From: a virus
Taxonomy: Duplodnaviria > Heunggongvirae > Uroviricota > Caudoviricetes
Virus record (IMG/VR): IMGVR_UViG_2909282993_000003
Location: 1 to 42,124 of that record
Length of the DNA stretch: 42,124 nucleotides
Direction: 5' to 3' (one strand)
Part shown: positions 38,154 through 42,124 of the stretch, one piece after another
Position numbering within the stretch: position 1 is the stretch's first letter
Layout of the letters: each line of letters starts with the position of its first letter
Notes under the pieces: generated by a model
The model's input: only the letters and a program-made list of their open reading frames with translations
What the model was told of the DNA's origin: nothing
The model's database searches: none
Program-made: the position numbers and the translations under genes

Positions 38154-38177
38154 GGCGCCAGAAATGGCGCCTTTTTT
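38154..38177 (+). terminator. Intrinsic terminator after J
   Basis: GGCGCC-AGAAAT-GGCGCC stem-loop followed by six T. Confidence 0.65.
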
Positions 38178-38201
38178 ATTGCAGAAAAGCGAGAGGTAAT
38201 T

Positions 38202-38801
38202 ATGCGTAAATTATGTGCTGTTATTCTGTCCGCAGTAGTCTGGCTGGTTGCCGCTGGTACGCCAGCGAGTGCAGCAGAGCATCAGTCCACACTAAGCTCC
38301 GGGTATATTCAGTCCCATACTGATATGCCCGGCAACGATGACCTGAAGGGCATTAACGTGAAATACCGTTATGAATTTACGGACACGCTGGGGCTGGTGA
38401 CGTCATTCAGTTATGCCGGAGACAAGAATCGCCAGATTACCCGTTACAGTGATACCCGCTGGCATGAAGATTCAGTGCGTAACCGCTGGTTCAGCATGAT
38501 GGCGGGGCCATCTGTGCGCGTGAATGAATGGTTCAGCGCGTATGCGATGGCAGGCGTGGCTTACAGCCGTGTGTCGACTTTTTCCGGGGATTATCTCCGC
38601 GTAACTGACAACAAGGGAAAAACGCACGACGTGCTGACCGGAAGTGATGACGCTCGCCACAGTAACACCTCTCTGGCGTGGGGAGCTGGCGTGCAGTTTA
38701 ACCCGACCGAATCCGTGGCCATTGATATTGCTTATGAAGGCTCCGGCAGTGGTGACTGGCGCACTGACGGTTTTATCGTGGGTGTCGGTTATAAATTCTG
38801 A
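38202..38801 (+). CDS. lom: Outer membrane protein Lom (Ail/Lom family)
   Basis: 199-aa ORF with signal peptide and C-terminal ...[25 protein letters not shown], matching the recalled lambda Lom C-terminus exactly; position after J. Confidence 0.9.
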   Translation: MRKLCAVILSAVVWLVAAGTPASAAEHQSTLSSGYIQSHTDMPGNDDLKGINVKYRYEFTDTLGLVTSFSYAGDKNRQITRYSDTRWHEDSVRNRWFSMMAGPSVRVNEWFSAYAMAGVAYSRVSTFSGDYLRVTDNKGKTHDVLTGSDDARHSNTSLAWGAGVQFNPTESVAIDIAYEGSGSGDWRTDGFIVGVGYKF

Positions 38802-38817
38802 TTAGCAGTGTTATGAC

Positions 38818-38844
38818 AGCCCGCATATTCTGGCGGGCTTTTTT
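38818..38844 (+). terminator. Intrinsic terminator after lom
   Basis: AGCCCGC-ATATTCTG-GCGGGCT stem followed by six T. Confidence 0.6.
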
Positions 38845-38855
38845 GTGGGGTGGAT

Positions 38856-40685
38856 ATGGCAGCAGTAAAAATCTCAGGTGTGCTGAAAGATGGTGCGGGA
38901 AAACCAATACAGAACTGCACTATTCAACTGAAGGCAAAACGTAACAGCACAACGGTTGTGGTGAACACGGTGGCCTCAGAAAATCCGGATGAAGCTGGAC
39001 GTTACAGCATGGATGTTGAGTATGGTCAGTACAGCGTCACCCTGTTGGTTGAAGGTTTTCCGCCTTCACATGCCGGGACCATTACCGTTTATGAAGGTTC
39101 CAGACCAGGTACGCTGAATGATTTTCTGACTGCCCCCGACGAAGGCGACCTGAAGCCAGATGTGGTGAAACGATTTGAAGATTTGACAAGTCAGGCGCAA
39201 CGAAGTGCAGATGTGGCAATATCAGCGACAAAAAGGGCAGAAGCGTTACTGTCTGAAATGCAGGGAATAGCCGATAGTTTTCCCGGTTTGCGCTTTGAGA
39301 ACTTTGACGACATCGTGAGTCGTTGCACTACTGCAATGTTAAAACTGGAACAACCCGAGGTTGTTAATACATCAATATCTTTAAAAATAAAAGAAAATAT
39401 CGATTTTAATTATGTCGGTGCAGTTAACGGATATTGCGATATTTCTGAACCAGAAAAGTATAAAGTCGAAATGTATGCTTATACAACCGGAGAGTATTTT
39501 AACGGCGACGCTAATTTGAATAGTGACGGAACTTTCTATTTCAGACGTTGCTGGACGGGAGCAAAACAGTTTCGTCTTATTCGGATTGAGGATAATGTGT
39601 GGATCACAACGCTGGAGTTTCCACTGCTCATTCGTAGCTACTGGATGCCGGAGGACGCAGACCCCGAAGTGATCAGGGTGATGAAAGATCGGTGTTACAC
39701 GTATGACCAGGCGCTGGCAGCACTGGCGTTGATGGTTCAGCGACATGAGGCTGTAGAAAGATACGTTGCGGGCTTGTGTGCGCTTGTTGATGAAAACGGT
39801 GGAGTAAAGTTTTTTGTTAACAGGCTGTCTGCCATGTCACCGCGTACCTATTACCGCTTGGGCAATGCGGCATGGGTTTATTATGCTCTTGCTTTCTATC
39901 TGGAGAAGTATCCGGACGGTACTCAGACTGCGCGGGTCAGAGAAAAACTATTGGCAGGCATTGCCTGGCTGGATACTTTTCTGGTGAGCACACCAGGCGA
40001 CCTGCGTGAAGGCCTGTATAAAGGGGGGCAGGGGCGTTATGTGGACGGCAATTTTGATGAAACTTTTGTCGCCGAATGGTGCGCACTGGAGCATAACGTT
40101 GATATCTGGTTTTTGTTTGAACTGATGGGACGGCTGGGATTTGACGGTTTCAGTGAGCGGGCTGACAGGCTGGCAAAGAGCATCATCAGAGGTCTGTGGG
40201 TGGAAGATGAAGGCCGATTTCGACAGGGGGTTCATTCAACCCACTATGACAACGCAGCGGCGCTGGATCAGTCTTCCTGGGGCGGATTGTTTGTTGCCAA
40301 TATTGATGCTGAGAAAGCGGCTAAGTGCCGAAAATATATGGGGCGTTTTTTATTTGGTACGAGGGAAACCACGGGTTACACACCGTACCACCCTGATTAT
40401 GGTTATAGTGGTCACAGCCGTGGCGTGTGGGTGGAAGGAACGGCAGGTGTGGCACTTTTTGAGCGCAAGCTGGGTAATGAGCTGAATGCGGTGAATCTTG
40501 TGGCAGCAATGGCTCCACTTTTTAATGAGTACGGTTATCGTGATTCTTGCGATGACCCGGCATACGATGTGCTGCCTTCCTGGTCATCAACAACAAACAC
40601 TGCCTGGATCATTCTGGCTGTAAAGCCAGATAATTTCTGGTTAGTGGATTCGCCAGAAATGGATGTAGGGACAATCCGCTATTGA
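38856..40685 (+). CDS. Side tail fibre protein: lambda Stf-like N-terminal anchor fused to a non-lambda C-terminal domain (possible alpha/alpha-barrel glycosidase-like depolymerase)
   Basis: First about 100 residues (MAAVKISGVLKDGAGKPIQNCTIQLKAKRNSTTVVVNTV...YGQYSVTLLVEGFPPSHAGTITVYE) nearly match recalled lambda Stf; the rest lacks the Stf Ala/Ser-rich repeats and is rich in Trp/Tyr/Phe motifs (AWVYYALAFYL, WCALEHNVDIWFLFELMG, SSWGGLFVA); an AT-rich stretch at about 39370-39550 marks a mosaic junction. Confidence 0.8.
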   Translation: MAAVKISGVLKDGAGKPIQNCTIQLKAKRNSTTVVVNTVASENPDEAGRYSMDVEYGQYSVTLLVEGFPPSHAGTITVYEGSRPGTLNDFLTAPDEGDLKPDVVKRFEDLTSQAQRSADVAISATKRAEALLSEMQGIADSFPGLRFENFDDIVSRCTTAMLKLEQPEVVNTSISLKIKENIDFNYVGAVNGYCDISEPEKYKVEMYAYTTGEYFNGDANLNSDGTFYFRRCWTGAKQFRLIRIEDNVWITTLEFPLLIRSYWMPEDADPEVIRVMKDRCYTYDQALAALALMVQRHEAVERYVAGLCALVDENGGVKFFVNRLSAMSPRTYYRLGNAAWVYYALAFYLEKYPDGTQTARVREKLLAGIAWLDTFLVSTPGDLREGLYKGGQGRYVDGNFDETFVAEWCALEHNVDIWFLFELMGRLGFDGFSERADRLAKSIIRGLWVEDEGRFRQGVHSTHYDNAAALDQSSWGGLFVANIDAEKAAKCRKYMGRFLFGTRETTGYTPYHPDYGYSGHSRGVWVEGTAGVALFERKLGNELNAVNLVAAMAPLFNEYGYRDSCDDPAYDVLPSWSSTTNTAWIILAVKPDNFWLVDSPEMDVGTIRY

Positions 40686-40946
40686 CTCTCTTGTTGTTTG
40701 ATAAACCGACAAAAGGATAAATATCAGCGATCCATTCTGTGCTGTTTGATTGTGCGCTCCCCGCTCAGAATTGCGCGTCAATTAGCCTATAAAAAATCGC
40801 GAAGATACAATACGTACTTCATTGCGCTTGAACACCCCAGGCATAATATCGCTGGATTGAAATGTTCGGACATGGCAAGCGTATGAATATGCCGTGGTGG
40901 GGCGTGCCTGCGAATCTGGCTGTTGGTTAATCGTGGGTGAAAAAGG

Positions 40947-41078
40947 TGAGCAGTATATGCAACGAAGGAGGAAACATCATTGCTGGCGGCATGGAAGGCA
41001 TGCAGGGTGTTGCTGAACCGTGTTGATACATCAACTGCACCTGATATTGAGTGGCCTACGAACCCTGTCAGGGAGTAA
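40947..41078 (+). pseudogene. Tail fibre assembly (tfa) 3'-terminal remnant, about 43 codons
   Basis: Translation ...[36 protein letters not shown] resembles the conserved Tfa C-terminus; no N-terminal part upstream. Confidence 0.5.
40968..41057 (+). repeat. Imperfect direct repeat, copy A (tfa 3' end); copy B at about 42013-42103
   Basis: About 90 bp with long identical runs (TGTTGCTGAACCGTGTTGATACATCAAC...GCACCTGATATTGAGTGGCC) shared with the window's last 110 bp; the two copies flank the methyltransferase gene. Confidence 0.7.
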
Positions 41079-41132
41079 TCATTGGGATTATGCCGCAGCA
41101 CGTCGTGCGCAAGAACGTGCTGCGGCTGGATG

Positions 41133-41801
41133 CTATTTTTTCCCTGAAGCGGAAAACATTACTACAGTACCTTTAATCTTGGTTTTAACATTCTCGAAAT
41201 GCTCTGAGAGTATATGTGTTAAGCCTTCTTCGGAATCTTTTGTGTTTGAAAAGATGCCTTTTTGATTGTAAATGCGCATCAGTTTTTGACCGAAGCTATT
41301 GTGCACAACGCCGTCACCAAGAATTGTGGCTCCGTATAGAGTTCCATCGTCAGTTAAGGCCTGCGCCGCATTGCGTATTACACAGCTTTTTGTAGATATA
41401 TTTCCAGGCAGGCAGTGAAGAAGGTAAAACATGGAAATGGAATCAAATTGACCATGTAATGCCGCGGGATAAGGTTCAAAAACATCATGGCTAATTTTAT
41501 GTTTAATTTTTGATTCCCCAGCCCTTGTCGATGCCGCGTTCAGGCTAGCTTCGTTCAAATCCATTAAAGATATCAGACTACTCTCAGGTACGTGAGTAAG
41601 GTAAAACCCAGTTCCAACACCAATATCCAGATGGTTGTTACCTAAATGTTCCAGAAAGTGTGGAAGAAGGTGTTCCTTTGTAGGACATCCCCATGCAAGC
41701 CGATTTGATACTCCCAAAACCCACCAGTCATAAAGCTTTAGGGTAAGTGGTGTGTAAATTTTAGCCCCATCATCTGTGTTTTTTTTCATTAATTTCACCA
41801 T
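41133..41801 (-). CDS. Class I SAM-dependent methyltransferase (moron at the tail-fibre end)
   Basis: 222-aa ORF with motif I HLDIGVGTGFYL and downstream Rossmann-type motifs; opposite strand to the tail genes; AT-richer than the flanks. Confidence 0.8.
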   Translation of the reverse strand: MVKLMKKNTDDGAKIYTPLTLKLYDWWVLGVSNRLAWGCPTKEHLLPHFLEHLGNNHLDIGVGTGFYLTHVPESSLISLMDLNEASLNAASTRAGESKIKHKISHDVFEPYPAALHGQFDSISMFYLLHCLPGNISTKSCVIRNAAQALTDDGTLYGATILGDGVVHNSFGQKLMRIYNQKGIFSNTKDSEEGLTHILSEHFENVKTKIKGTVVMFSASGKK

Positions 41802-41857
41802 GTTATAGTTTTATTTGTGAATTAAATCAATTGTGGCGATGAATTACAAGGGGTTAA

Positions 41858-42124
41858 ATGCTGCCGCAGCATAGCGATATTGAAATAGCCTGGTATGCTT
41901 CGATACAGCAGGAGCCGAATGGCTGGAAGACCGTCACCACACAGTTCTACATCCAGGAATTCAGTGAGCATATTGCGCCACTTCAGGATGCTGTAGATCT
42001 GGAGATCGCAACGGAGGAAGAAAACTCGTTGCTGGAAGCCTGGAAGAAGTATCGGGTGTTGCTGAACCGTGTTGATACATCAACCGCACCTGATATTGAG
42101 TGGCCGACTTCACCTGCAGAGTAA
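41858..42124 (+). CDS. Tail fibre assembly protein, C-terminal portion (likely 5'-truncated tfa)
   Basis: 88-aa ORF ending ...[36 protein letters not shown], the conserved Tfa C-terminus; shorter than a typical Tfa (about 190 aa). Confidence 0.6.
   Translation: MLPQHSDIEIAWYASIQQEPNGWKTVTTQFYIQEFSEHIAPLQDAVDLEIATEEENSLLEAWKKYRVLLNRVDTSTAPDIEWPTSPAE

Noticed and set aside
40787-41101. 104-aa minus-strand ORF after the tail fibre gene
   Set aside because: Overlaps the tfa remnant and direct repeat on the plus strand; no ribosome-binding site; more likely a chance frame.

Overview
This window is almost entirely one lambdoid prophage of an enterobacterial (E. coli-like) host, read from the integrase end to the tail-fibre end. 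All calls rest on reading the six-frame translations and the DNA by eye and on recalled protein families; no search or computation was run, and hand-derived coordinates for small features may be off by 1-2 nt. Order: int/xis and a large exonuclease-like gene; a Qin-type dicB/DicF cell-division-inhibition operon under a DicA/DicC immunity switch; an O-like replication gene with internal iterons; a strongly AT-rich accessory island next to a hokD toxin gene; DUF968/RusA/Q; late promoter and terminator; four tRNAs; a phage-21-type lysis cassette; then a lambda-like packaging, head and tail block through J, lom and a chimeric side tail fibre, ending in a methyltransferase flanked by tfa 3' remnants. 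The best candidate for an undescribed system is the AT-rich island at 8.9-12.3 kb: an unknown 299-aa protein convergent with a two-gene operon (4-TM membrane protein plus SAM-dependent methyltransferase). Secondary candidates are two convergent ORFs inside the ydfC-dicF spacer, small membrane-peptide ORFs between endolysin and Rz, and the tail fibre's non-lambda C-terminal domain.
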